A stretch of DNA of 64,000 nucleotides from Callorhinchus milii (Eukaryota). Below the pieces are notes generated by a model that ran no database searches, was not told the origin of the DNA, and worked only from the letters and a program-made list of their open reading frames with translations. Both the position numbers and the translations under genes were made by a program. Shown here one piece after another: positions 38,015 through 49,635 of the stretch; position 1 is the stretch's first letter; every line of letters begins with the position of its first letter. The DNA lies in contig NW_024704742.1 of assembly GCF_018977255.1 (NCBI RefSeq), positions 100,132,001 to 100,196,000 on the forward strand, read 5' to 3'.

Positions 38015-40521
38015 CAACAACAACAACAAGATTCCATTTATTGAGCGCCTTTCAAGTCGGGAGGACGTCCCAAGGCGCTGTACAGTTGGGTCAGAACCCG
38101 AGCAGGGGGGAAATGGCCAGGGTGAGGGGAGGGAAGGGAGGGAGCGAGGAGGGGGTAGAGAGTCGAGAGGGGAGCTGAAGGCACGGTCAAAGAGAAAGGT
38201 CTTGAGACCGGCCTTGAAGGAGGAAAGGGAGGAAGCGGCGAAGGCACTGGGGGATAGAGTTCCAGAGCCTGGGGCTGAGAGGCTGAAGGCCCGGCCACCG
38301 ATGGTAGGGCGGTTGGGGCGGGGGACGTGGAGCAGACCGGAGCCAGAGGAACGGAGGGTACGGGCAGGTAAGTAGGGGGATAGTAGGTCGGAGAGGTAGG
38401 AGGGAGCAAGGCCGTGAATGGCCTTGTAGGTGAGGGTGAGGATCTTGAAATCGATCCTCTGGGGGATGGGGAGCCAGTGGAGGCGAGCGAGGGTGGGAGT
38501 GATGTGGTCCCGAAGCCTGGTGCGGGACAGTACACGAGCTGCAGAGTTCTGAATGACCTGCAGCTTGTGGAGGGAGGTGCCGGGAAGGCCGGCGAGGAGA
38601 GAGTTCCCATAGTCCAGCCTTGAGGTGATAAAGGCGTGGACCAGGGTTTCAGCAGCGTGAGGGGTGAGGTAGTGCCGTAGTCTGGCGATATTCCGGAGGT
38701 GATGGAAGGCGGTGCCAGTTGTGGCGCGGATATGGGGGAGAAAGGACAGCTCAGGGTCGAACAGAACCCGAGGTTCCTGACTGGCTTTGAGAGGTGGAGA
38801 GTGCAGCCTTGGATGCTGATGCTGTCAGCGCCTGAGGTGCGGAGGCGCTGACGTGAGCCAATCAGGAGGGCCTCAGTTTTGCGCACGTTGAGCTGAAGAA
38901 AGTTATCTCTCGTCCAGGACTCGATGTCGGACAGGCAGCTGTCAGGACATCGGTGGTCGTGGAGTTGAGGGTAGAGGAGGAAAGGTAGAGTTGGGTGTCA
39001 TCCGCATACATGTGGAAGTTAACGGAGTGGAAGTGGAAGTTAGTCTGCGGATGATGTCACCGCAGGGGGAGCATATAGAGGGTGAAGAGGAGGGGACCGA
39101 GGACAGAGCCCTGAGGGACACCACATGAGACAGTGCGGGGGGTGGAAGAAAAACCATTTGTGGAGACAAAGTGAAGACGGTGGGAGAGGTACGACCTAAA
39201 CCACTCAAGGACAGGGCCTTGAAGGTTTAGGTGGGAGGACAAGCGGTGGAGGAGGATAGCGTGGTCGACCGTATCGAATGCTGCCGATAGGTCGAGGAGG
39301 ACGAGGAGGCAGAGGGAGCCCTGGTCACAGATGGTCAGGATGTCATTGGTGACCTTGACCAGGGCAGTTTCTGTGCTATGGGCAGCACGGAAACCCGATT
39401 GAAGGGGTTCGAATAGTGAATGGTTGGAGAGGAAAGAGCGCAGCTGGGAGGCGACAACTCGTTCCAGGACCTTGGATAGGAAGGGGAGGTTGGAGATGGG
39501 CCGGTAGCTTGATAGCTGCGACGCATCAAGGGAGGGTTTTTTTAAGGTGGGAGTGATGGTGGCAGTTTTTAAGGGAATGGGAATAGAGCCAGAGGAGAGG
39601 GACAGGTTGACGATGTCTGTGATATGTGGGGCAAGGAGGTGGAGCTGGGAGATAAGGAGTGGAGTGGGGATGGGGTCAAGGGAGCAGGTGGTAGGTTTCA
39701 GGGAGAGGATGAGTTTGGTGACAGAGGATGGGGAAACGGGTACGAAGGTGTGTAGGGGAGGATGGGTAGGAGTCGGAGTGTGGGAGGGAAGGGGTGGGTG
39801 GATGTTGGAGGGGAAGTGACCGCGGAGCGGATTCCCTTGATCTTGGATTCAAGGAAATCCAGCATCTCCTCGCAGTGAAGGTTGGAGGAGATGACCTGCG
39901 CGGGGTGGCGGGGGGGACGGAGGAGTTGGGATGTGGTAGAGAACAGTAGCCTGGGGTTGTCCTTCGCCTCCAGGATTATCCTGGAGTAGAAGGACGATTT
40001 GGCCGAGGCTAGAGTGGAGCGGTAGATTTTGAGGAGGTCCAGCCAGATTTGTCGGTGGACCGTTAGGCCAGATTTGACCAGGTGCGTTCAGCGGCCCGCA
40101 CCTGGCTCTTCAGTGAGCGGAGGTGGGTGGTGAACCAGGGGGAGGAGCGAGAGTAGGAGACAGTACGGGAGGTGATAGGGGCAAGAGTGTCGAGTGTGGA
40201 GGAGAGGGTGTTGTGGAGGAGGGTGAGAGCAGAAGAGGGGTTGGTGAGGGTTGAAGGCCAGAGGGAGAGGAGTTCAGAGGACTCCAAGGCAACGGTTAGG
40301 GATTGAGGGGGTAACTTCTTCCAGGGGCGGTAGAAGATGGTGGTGGGTCTGGTGGAGGTGGGGAGGGGGTGGAGGTGGTGAAGGAGATGAAGTGGTGGTC
40401 GGAGATGGCCTTATCGGTGATGGTGACATCCGAGACACTGAGGCCCCGGGTGATCACCAAGTCGAGTGGGTGGCCGTGACTGTGAGTGGGGAGTTGATGT
40501 GGAGGGAGAGGTTGAGCGAGG
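38015..40521 (-). mobile_element. Young L2 LINE, about 2.5 kb, from the endonuclease C-terminus through RT to the 3' end, frameshifted
   Basis: PTHSHGHPLDLVITRGL...ISDH (APE motifs), [42 protein letters not shown] and a (TGT)n tail. Confidence 0.95.
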
Positions 40522-40714
40522 ATTTTCAACAGAGTTGAGGAGGATTTTGGGGAATTAATGGGCTGCTTCCCGTGCTTTTGTTCTTCCGTTTTTCGTAGGG
40601 GTACTTCGAAAAGTACCACCTCCAGACTTAATTCCTCCTTCAATAACACAAACGCTGACTTAATCGACTGACAAATTCTGCAATTGACATGTTCTGGTGC
40701 AAACCGAAACCAGG

Positions 40715-41020
40715 GAAAACCACAGCAGTTGCCACTGTTGACAATGTTCTGCAAATAACCAAGAAGCAAATGACCAATTTTACATGGGGTAGTGTTGGCC
40801 AGGACACTGCGAGAAACTCCCTTCTCATTGGCGAACAGTGCCATGTGATCTTTAACATCCACCTGACAACCTTCAGTTCATCCAAAGGACACTTTTCATA
40901 ATGCAGCATATCCCTCGTACCGCATGAGAGGGGAGCCGAGAGCGTGAGTTCCAAGTCCTTCTTGAACTCATAATCTTCTGACTCAGAGTCAAGAATGTTA
41001 TCAATTGAGCCTGGCTGACA
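40715..41020 (-). mobile_element. Deu-domain SINE, old
   Basis: ttggccaggacac...gtgccatgtgatctttaacatccacctg...cttctgactcagag...tgagcctggctgaca is the reverse complement of the 19845 copy. Confidence 0.7.
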
Positions 41021-41824
41021 AACAAGACAAATTTAGAGAGGAAAATATAATTCATGCTTTGCAATGTGAATCAGTGTATTGGTCTAAGTGATAATGACTC
41101 ATTTTCAGTGGTAGGAACTGAGGTGTGACAAATATGAAAACAACCAAGGGTGTCTGGCTCTCCCAAACACACGACTATTCTTTTACAAATTAAAAACAAT
41201 CATACTAACGTTGACATCTCTAATTGAATCACTCAAAGCTAATCATTGTTTTGGAAAGATAGTTTTTAAAATAAACAATTGATTGTTTTAATTTTAGAAA
41301 AGTAAATGCTAAATTAAAATGTTTATATGCCATTCAGATTTGTTGCCCCCAAAGTTAACTTATTTTTACTTGTAAACTAATTAGGCACTTGTTTTTAAAA
41401 AAATGAAGCCAATTGAATGCCATTTTCTGTGGATTGAGAAAGCACACACCTTAAATGTGTCGCTGTTTCTTTGGTGTATAAAATTATAAGTTACAGAACC
41501 ATTTTTTGTTGCTTCATCTGTGTCTAAGTTGTTACAGTACAGCTCACCAGTCACATTATAAACCAGACACTAAAAAACAGGAGACTTCCAAGTCATTGGG
41601 TCAATGCTGATGTCAATTCTTGCACAAAGGAATCTCTTGTAATGATATTTTCTGCGCACTAGAAAGTGCACAGAAAACGTCATTACACAAGAACCCCTGC
41701 TGACATGGTGTTACTGGGCATAATGCACACAACAAGATTCGTCAATGGTAACCTGACGACAATGGATATTTTCCAACAAGGACAAGCCACATAGTCAGAA
41801 CAGGAAACATTTTTAGTACTGGTC

Positions 41825-42032
41825 CACTACGCCCCAAAACTCTGGAATATTCTATCTCAGTCCCTCTGCCTTGCCTCCTCTCTCCCCTTTTTCAAGTCCC
41901 ACCTGAAAAACTTCTTCTTCGACCGTGCTTACAGCCACCTTCCCCTCCCGACTTGGAGTCAGTCTCCGCCACTGTTAAGCACTCTGAGACGCTACCTTGC
42001 ATGGAGGCACAATATAAGTGCAAGTTGTTGTT
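41825..42032 (+). mobile_element. L2 3' end
   Basis: cactacgccccaaaactctggaa...gttaagcactctgagacgctaccttgcatggaggcacaatataagtgcaagttgttg; same subfamily as 9085-9575. Confidence 0.85.
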
Positions 42033-42504
42033 TTGTGAGTGGAGTTTGCTACTTTCATGAACTGACATTGCTTTGAACCATTGTGCTGCTCTACTGAGTG
42101 AAGACAATCTCACAAACCATTTGCAAATTGTACTCACATTAGTTCAGTCACATTATTTCCTGACTTAATAGATGGCAGGCACACTGCAACTTCAGCAGCC
42201 ATTAAAGGGAGGCAACTTGCCCATTCTCAAAGTAGATAAATAGCCAAGACCTCCAATTACAAAGCACTTATGATATTCTCTTTGTGCAACACTTATTGAC
42301 AGTGAATGGAAACTGTATGATGTAATCTACTTGATAGCTTTGTAAATATCAATCCAAGCCTCCAAAGGTTAGCAGCCAACTTGCGTTTACACATATATTA
42401 CACTTGTAAAACTCAAAAGAGCTAAAAAAAACATTAAATAAGCAACGTGAGATCTTAAAATGATTGTGGACGATGCTGTTACTTTTAAAATAAGAAAAGC
42501 CAAA

Positions 42505-44017
42505 CATCCCCCCTCAAAATAGCCACTATCAACCCCACCTTGAAAAAACCTTCCCTCGACCCATCATAGCTAACTAGCTACCGGTCCATCTCAAATCTCC
42601 CCTTCCTATCCAAGATCCTTGATAGAGCCGTTGCCTCCCAGCTTCGCTCTTTCCTCTCCTCTCACTCCCTCCATGAACCCCTCCAAACAGGTTTCCGTGC
42701 TGTGGGCAGCACGGAAACTGCTCTGGTCAAGGTCACAAACGACATCGTGACCATGTGTGACCAGGGCTCCCTCTGCCTCCTCATCCTCCTCAACCTCTCC
42801 ACCGCCTTTGACACCGTGGACCACTCAATCCTCCTCCACTGCCTCTCCTCCCACCTCAACCTTCAAGGTTCTGTCCTTGACTGTTTCAGGTCCTACCTTT
42901 CACACCACCTTCACTTCGTTGTGGCAAACGGTTTCTCCTGTCTCGTGCGGTGTTCCTCAGGGCTCTGTCCTCGGTCCCCTCCTCTTCATACTCTACATGC
43001 TCCCCCTTGGTGACGTCATCCACAGACACGGGGTAAATTTCCACATGTATGCGGATGATACCTAACGCTACCTCTCTACCTCCACCCTGAACTTCAGGAC
43101 AACTGAGGTCCTGACCAACTGCCTGTCCGACATCCAAGTCCTGGACGAGGGCCAACTTTCTCCAACTCAACGTCAGCAAGTCCGAGGTCCTCCTGATTGG
43201 CTCGCGCCAGTGCCTCCTCACCTCAGGCGCTGGCAGCATCAGCCTCCACGGCTGCACATTCAACCTCACTAAGCCAGTCAGGAACCTGGGTGTCATGTTT
43301 GACCCTGAACTGTCCTTTCTCCCCCACATCCGTGCCATGACCGGCACTGCCTACCACCACCTCCACAACATAGCCAGACGCCACCACTGCCTCACCCCTC
43401 AGGCCCCCAAACCCTCACCCACGCATTTGTCACATCAAGGCTTGATTACGGGAACTCCCTCCTCATCGGCCTTCCCAACTCTTCCCTTCACAATCTGCAG
43501 ATCATCCAAAACTCTGTACTCTCGCGTACCAGACTCCACAACCCCATCACTCCCACCCTCGCCCAACTCCACTGGCTCCCCATCCCCCAGAGGATCAAGT
43601 TCAAGATCCTCGTCCTCACCTTTAAGGCCATGCATGGCTTTGCCCCCTCCTATCTCTCTGACCTGCTGACTCCCTACCAACGTGCCCACTCCCTTCGTTC
43701 ATCGGACTCCGGCCTGCTCCATGTCTCCCGTCCGACCCGCCCTACCATCGGTGGCCGGGCTTTCAGCCTCTCTGCCTCCACACTCTGGAACTCCATCCCA
43801 GGGTCCCTTCTCCTCGCGTCCTCCCTTGTCTCCTTCAAGGCCGGTCTCAAGACCCTTCTCTTTGACCTGCCTTTGGTCTCCCTCCCACCCCTCTGCCTTC
43901 CCTCACCCCTACACCACCCCTCCCACATGCTCGGGCCCCGACATCTGACTGTTCAGGGCTTTACGTCCTTCCGACGTGAAAGGCGCTCTATAAATTTTAT
44001 TTTGTTGTTGTTGTTGA
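42505..44017 (+). mobile_element. L2 LINE, 5'-truncated, RT domain disrupted
   Basis: [13 protein letters not shown]...[52 protein letters not shown] and a (TTG)n tail. Confidence 0.93.
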
Positions 44018-44272
44018 TAACTTCCAATAGAATAATTTTTTTTAATTAGCACTGAAGCTAATTTGAGTTTGGAGTGATGTACAATTATCCACATTGTTTC
44101 CATATCCACAATGGAGCTGTTTCCAATTAGTGCGGATAATTGGCTCAATTCACACATTTAAAGATCCAAAGCAAAATACAAAAACAAGTCCCATTAGAGG
44201 CAAATTTACTGAACAAACAAATACTGGTACACATAAAGGTAGATCCAGCAGAGTTAGCTCCTTGACTCCTTT

Positions 44273-44593
44273 GGAGCCCTGTAGCTCAGTGGTTAGAGCA
44301 CTCGCTTTGCAAGTGAGAGACCTGAGTTCAATTCCAGGCAGGGCGAAACCTTGGGCAAGTTTCCTTACTCCACACGCCTAATAATAATCCCTCCAAAAAC
44401 CAAAAACAATAATAAAAATTGGTCATTTTCAATCTACAACTGTTTGTGGGACATTGCTGTGCGCAATTGGCTGCCACGTTCGCCACAAATATACAGTCAA
44501 TTCACTATACAGTGTGTTCTGTGAAGCGCTTTGGGACGTCCTCCCGACGTGAAAAGCGCTATATCAAATGCAAGGATTATTATTATTATTATT
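44273..44593 (+). mobile_element. tRNA-derived SINE, short subfamily (best-preserved copy)
   Basis: GGAGCCCTGTAGCTCAGTGGTTAGAGCACTCGCTTTGCAAGTGAGAGACCTGAGTTCAATTCCAGGCAGGGCG head, ending gtgaagcgctttgggacgtcctcccgacgtgaaaagcgctatatcaaatgcaagg(att)n. Confidence 0.95.
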
Positions 44594-45160
44594 GACTGAT
44601 AACAGCTTGTAAACTAGGTCAAGGGCCTCAGGCTGCAACATGACCGTAAACTAATACCATACAAAGACTCTTTGGTGACCCAGTAACCAGCAACAGAGCA
44701 AATAGAGTTATTAAAACAAAGTACGATTGAATCACAAGCTACATTTAAACTCAGCTGACCTTGGAAGTCTTCAGGCATGGGATGAGGCAACCAACAGTGC
44801 TCCGTCTCAAAGGATGAGATCGGCAGATTAGTCCTAGCTCACAAATTGAACTTCCCATAAGACATCAATAAATCAAGGCAAAACAACATGGTGATAGAAG
44901 AATTGAAACCAGAGATACGAAAGAGCGAAATGACACATACAAATCATTCCAATCTCCACAGTGAGGGCACCTCTATAGTGCTAGGTGCGAAAAGACTCAG
45001 GATGGATCCAGCATTCTGAAAACTAGGCATTTATGTGGCATTTTGGACCACAAGCAGAAATGTACACTACCATAATCTGTAATCTCACATCCTAGTGGAA
45101 TACTCACTCCCTATTTAGCTGGGAAATTAACACGGGTTCAATCAGGAGTGATTTTCTTTT

Positions 45161-45740
45161 GGTCAGCCAGGTGTCATGCGGAAACCCATCACCACGCTTA
45201 AGAGTATCCAAACCAAACAGAGCTCCATACATCCTACCTACATTTGGAAATTCTAAAGATATTTATAGGAATGGAATATACAATCTCTCCCTGGAGGGAC
45301 GCATCCTGATTATCTAATTTTGGAGTGCTAGATGCAGTTTGGCAAGAGTTGAGGCTTGGGGACCCCAGAGTGTGTGTTGCAGACCCCAGAGTGTGTGCTG
45401 GGGACCCCAGAGTGTGGGTTGGGATAGTGCTAGAGTCTAACCAGTTAAAACTGCATAGCTTGCCATTGATATTGCTTGTCTAACTAGGACCATCCTACCT
45501 GTTCGGGCTTTGACTTGCAGGGTTAACAGGAGTTTAGTGGGAAGAGTCCCTGCCTCCATTGACTGGTCTGCCCTTGCAAATCCTGCTGATGAGCCAGGCT
45601 GGCTGGGCTGTGGACCAACCTGGCTCAGGAACTGGACTACCAAGACCACCACAGAAGGTGGGCTCCATTCTAATATTCTGTTGCCAAACAGTTCAACTGC
45701 AAAGAGACCCCACTTACCTCCGACAAGGGTAATCACTAGT
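45161..45740 (+). repeat. Unclassified dispersed repeat, copy 4 of 4 (longest)
   Basis: Contains the segments seen separately in the three other copies. Confidence 0.8.
45361..45423. repeat. 21-bp tandem repeat, 3 units
   Basis: GACCCCAGAGTGTGTGTTGCA / GACCCCAGAGTGTGTGCTGGG / GACCCCAGAGTGTGGGTTGGG. Confidence 0.9.
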
Positions 45741-46185
45741 TAGTTTTTTGACAACAAGCGTGAGTTTGAGCCCTCAGAGTGAATGGCAAGTTGCAGGAAC
45801 TATAGTGCAATTGTGGTGTCTATCTAAAAGAAGGGCAACACTAATCAGCCCGAGAACTAGAGTGTAATCTCACTGATTTCAGTGGCTCCTCTTAAAATGG
45901 TGCTTCGGATTATCACTGCACGTGTACCACACGCATTAGAGGGTCTTGGTTTGATCAGGAAGGGACAAGCTGGCTTCTGTTCTCATGAGGAATGTGCAGG
46001 ATAGGTTGTGGCTTTGTAGGAGTGTTGGAGTATATGCCATCTCTGCACCTGAAATACCTTAGAATGAGACCCCCAACTCCAGTAAATCTGTATCACAGAG
46101 ACTCACCCTGTGCGATGTCCTTCCTCTCCTCACCCTGTGCTGCCCCCTCTCCTCTATGCCAGCCCCCAGCCCCCCACCCCTTAAT

Positions 46186-46499
46186 GACGTCATGTAGTTC
46201 AGTGGTTAGAGCACTCGTCTTGCTTGCAAGACACCCAAGTTCAATTCCAGGCAGGGCGAAACCTTGGGCAAGTTTCCTTACTCCACACGCCTAATAATAA
46301 TCCCTCCAAAATAAAACAATAATAAATTGGTCATTTTCAATCCACGACTTTTTGTGGGACACTGCTGTGCGCAATTGGCTGCTACATTTCACCCACAAAT
46401 ATACAGTCAATTCACTTTACAGTCTATTCTGTGAAGCGCTTTGAGATGCCTAGAAGACGCGAAAAGCGCTATATCAAATGCAAGGATTATTATTATTAT
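46186..46499 (+). mobile_element. tRNA-derived SINE, short subfamily
   Basis: Full head, body and tail. Confidence 0.92.
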
Positions 46500-47444
46500 G
46501 ACTGGTACATAATGATTGCATCGCTTCCATTACCTACTGCATTTGCTGAATTATAGACTACCAACTTGCACAGAGAGAGTTAGCCATACAGATTTTCCAT
46601 ACTTTATAAAGGAAGTAGCAGCTGATCATATATTACAGTAAAGGAAACCAAGCACTCCACAAAAAGGAAGTGCAGGCAAGTACAAAGAGAGTTTTGTACG
46701 TAGGAAGTCAACTACAACCAACCAAAAATTAAGACTTTAACTAAGATGGGGTCTTCCCACTTTCTTCCCGATTTAAGCAATACTTCCTTTCAAGGGCGAT
46801 AGAACAAATGTTAACACTTTAATTACTTGAACAAATTCAAGTCCACATAACTATGAAGGAAGAATTTCCAATTTTCCTAGCAATTGTCTACTTTCATTTC
46901 AAATTGAGTAAGAAAGGCCTACCATCTACCACAAAGCTAACCACCCCGTTGACTATTAAAGGTGCAGATGCAGAGGAATGACCCTAAAAGAAAGCACCAT
47001 GAAATCAATGTGCTGGGAAACAGGGAAGACTGGGTGGCGTGTGTGTGGAGTTTAATTAAGTGAAGATGTGAGGGCAGACCTCCTTAGTATACTTCTCAAA
47101 TTCACTCCTCACAAGTCTCCTCATTTACACCATCCATAAACTCTAGATGATATAACACTCTACCATCCACACTGAACTTTGCATACACCTCAATCCAGAT
47201 CAGGCTCCACTGACTCCCAGTGGATTGATTTCAAGGCCCTCACCCATACCTATAAATTCCTTCATGCCCTAGCACCTCTCTATCTGTGTGATCTTCTCCT
47301 ACCACACTCTTATACTCACTCTCCAAATTCAAATTTGAGGATGGAGCAATTTGCTATTCAAATTGTTAAACTTGCCAAGCACTTTAATAAACCAATATAG
47401 CATCTGATGTTCCACTACATTTGCTGTCAAAAGGAGGTGACAAC

Positions 47445-47775
47445 CATTTATATTGATATAACGCCTTTCATGTCAGGAAGACGTCTCTTCTGACCCCAAC
47501 ACAGGGGGCAGGGAGAGGGGAATGTGACCATAAGCACAATCAAAATGGAAAGTCTTTAGGCAGGATTTGAAGGTGAGGAGGGGTCAAGGTGGAGGGATTG
47601 AGGGAGAGATTTCCAGAGTTTCTGGGCGTAGAGGCTGAAGGCACGGCCACCGACGGTGGAGCGGAGGGGACAAGGGACAAATAGGAAGCTGGAGCCAGCG
47701 GGTGGTGGAGTGGGGGATAAGCCAGTCAGATGGGTAGGGAGATGCGAGAGCAGTAAAATGCATTCCCTTGAATCT
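47445..47775 (-). mobile_element. L2 3' part, degenerate
   Basis: ggctgaaggcacggccaccgacggtggag (antisense STVGGRAFS) and a 3' stem-loop remnant. Confidence 0.75.
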
Positions 47776-48496
47776 CAGCACTTTTGCAAAATACCCACAC
47801 TGATGTTAAACTCGATAAAAAATAAGCCCTGAAAATAAGCAAAGCTTCACTATGTTTGATAAGCATTGCTACTGCAATTGACACCACAGAATTACATTCA
47901 ATTAGAGAAGCTTATGAGCAGCTTAGTTCAGAATACTACTTAAGAACATTTAAAAAAACAATTTTAGTGAAGTAATCAAAATATGTACAATTTTAGCAAT
48001 CAATGTTGGAAATGAGGTGGGATGGGTGCACGCACCAAGAAGTAAATATTTGCTCTCCTTTCAACAGCAGGCTTTGTTATGCTTGCATTTGATACCGAGG
48101 GAAACAGCACTGAGGGACATCCTGGTTACGCTGCCCACACACAAACAGGGCCGCAACACATCAGCACGCAAGCAGAACAAACTGAAGTCAGACAAGTGCC
48201 TTTGATGCAGCATAGCGGCCCACCAGATCCACAGCAAAAATTAACACTGTTCAGCTACATTTTGCTTCAAAAAGCATTCTGAATAGTGCTGAATTGGAGG
48301 GGAAGAGAAACCTGGGTTGCAGAGTGTAGAGCTGGACTTTAAAAACATTTGGGCAAAAATCAAATACAACACAGTAGTGCCTTCTGAGAAGATTAAGCAG
48401 TGACCTCAATCTTGGCTTGAAGATCATAGAAACCCATGATATGATAAATAAAAAGGAACCGAGTTATAAAGTGCTGTCTTGTTCTCACATTGACAC

Positions 48497-49270
48497 AACA
48501 ATAAACTGCATTTATATAGCATCTTTCACATCGGAAGGATGTCCTGCGACACTGGACAGTCAAGGGTTTACACCTGAGCTGGGGGTGGCACAGATGACTA
48601 AACATACAGTCAAAGACAAAGGTCTTTAGGCAGATTTAAAGGAAGCGAGGGAAGGGGAGTTACAAAGGCACTTCGGAATGGAATTCCTGAGAGCAGTGGA
48701 GAGGGTTTGAAGGTCTGACCCGTGATGGAGGAGCGGGTGGGGTGGGGACTTGAAGCAGGCCAGGGCCTGCCAAGCAGAGAAAGCAGTGGGTTGGTAGATT
48801 TTAAGAAGGTCATAGAGGTTGGGTAGGGCAGACCATAGAGGGATTTAAAAGTGAGGGCGAGGATCTTGAACTCAATCCTCTGGGGGACGGGTAGCCAGTG
48901 GCGCTGAGTAGGATTGGGGGGTGGGTGGAATAAGCTCAGAGAGCCAAGTGCAACAGAGGACACGAGCTGCAGCACTGTGGAGGGAAGAACTGGGAAGTCT
49001 GGTGAGCAGAGAGTTGGCAAAGTCTAGCCTGGACGTGATGAATGTGAGGATAAGGGTCTCAGCAGCCCGAGGGAAAAGGCAGTGGCAGAAGTGCCAAATG
49101 TTGTGGAAATGGGGTAAAGCGAAATGGGTCAGAGCATGAATGTGGGGTTTAAAGGTCAGTTGAGAGTTGAACAAGACAACAAGGTTCTGTATTGGCTCTG
49201 TGAGATGGAGTGTGCATCCCTGTAGATTGATGGTGACTATTTACTAATCTGAGTTGGAAGATGGAAGAAC
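48497..49270 (-). mobile_element. L2 3' part, degenerate
   Basis: FITSRLDFANSLL and HWLPVPQRIEFKILALTFKSLYGL. Confidence 0.85.
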
Positions 49271-49284
49271 GAACGAAATAACTT

Positions 49285-49635
49285 AATAATAATCTTTGCA
49301 TTTGATATAACACCTTATCACGTGGTCTCAAAGTGCTTTAAAAAATATATTGTAAAGAGGATTGATTGTGTATTTTGTGGGCGAAACCCATCAGCGATTT
49401 GTGCACAGCAATGTCCCACAAACAGTCATGGATTGAGTGACCATTTTTTTCTGAGGGATAATTAACCTTGGAAAATGTTCCGCCAATCGACAAACAACCG
49501 GGTTCCTACTTACTGTAAGGTAAATAGAAGCGGGTGGAGTAAGAAATTTGCCTTAGGTTTCACCCCGCCAGGGAATGGAAACCAGGTCCTCTGGCTTGCG
49601 AGGCGAGAGCATTAACCACTAAGCTATGGGATTCA
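49285..49635 (-). mobile_element. tRNA-derived SINE, long subfamily
   Basis: Retains the internal segment (aaccgggttcctacttactg.aggtaaa), plus head and tail. Confidence 0.85.

Noticed and set aside
38038..38886. 282-aa ORF and other Pro/Ser-rich or Gly/Glu-rich ORFs (412..831, 6825..7184, 7029..7592, 38004..38375)
   Set aside because: Alternative or antisense frames of C-rich L2 sequence, not host genes.
44275..44346. Bona fide tRNA-Ala genes at SINE heads
   Set aside because: Each runs into a SINE body and tail, lacks a nearby terminator and has stem mismatches. Treated as SINEs.
45361..45423. Direct repeats superficially like a CRISPR array
   Set aside because: Head-to-tail 21-mers with no unique spacers, in a vertebrate intron, with no cas genes.
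45585..45610. CTGATGA followed by a GCC/GGC stem, a possible second hammerhead
   Set aside because: No GAAA box after the stem, and the sister copy at about 24002 reads CTGATAA.
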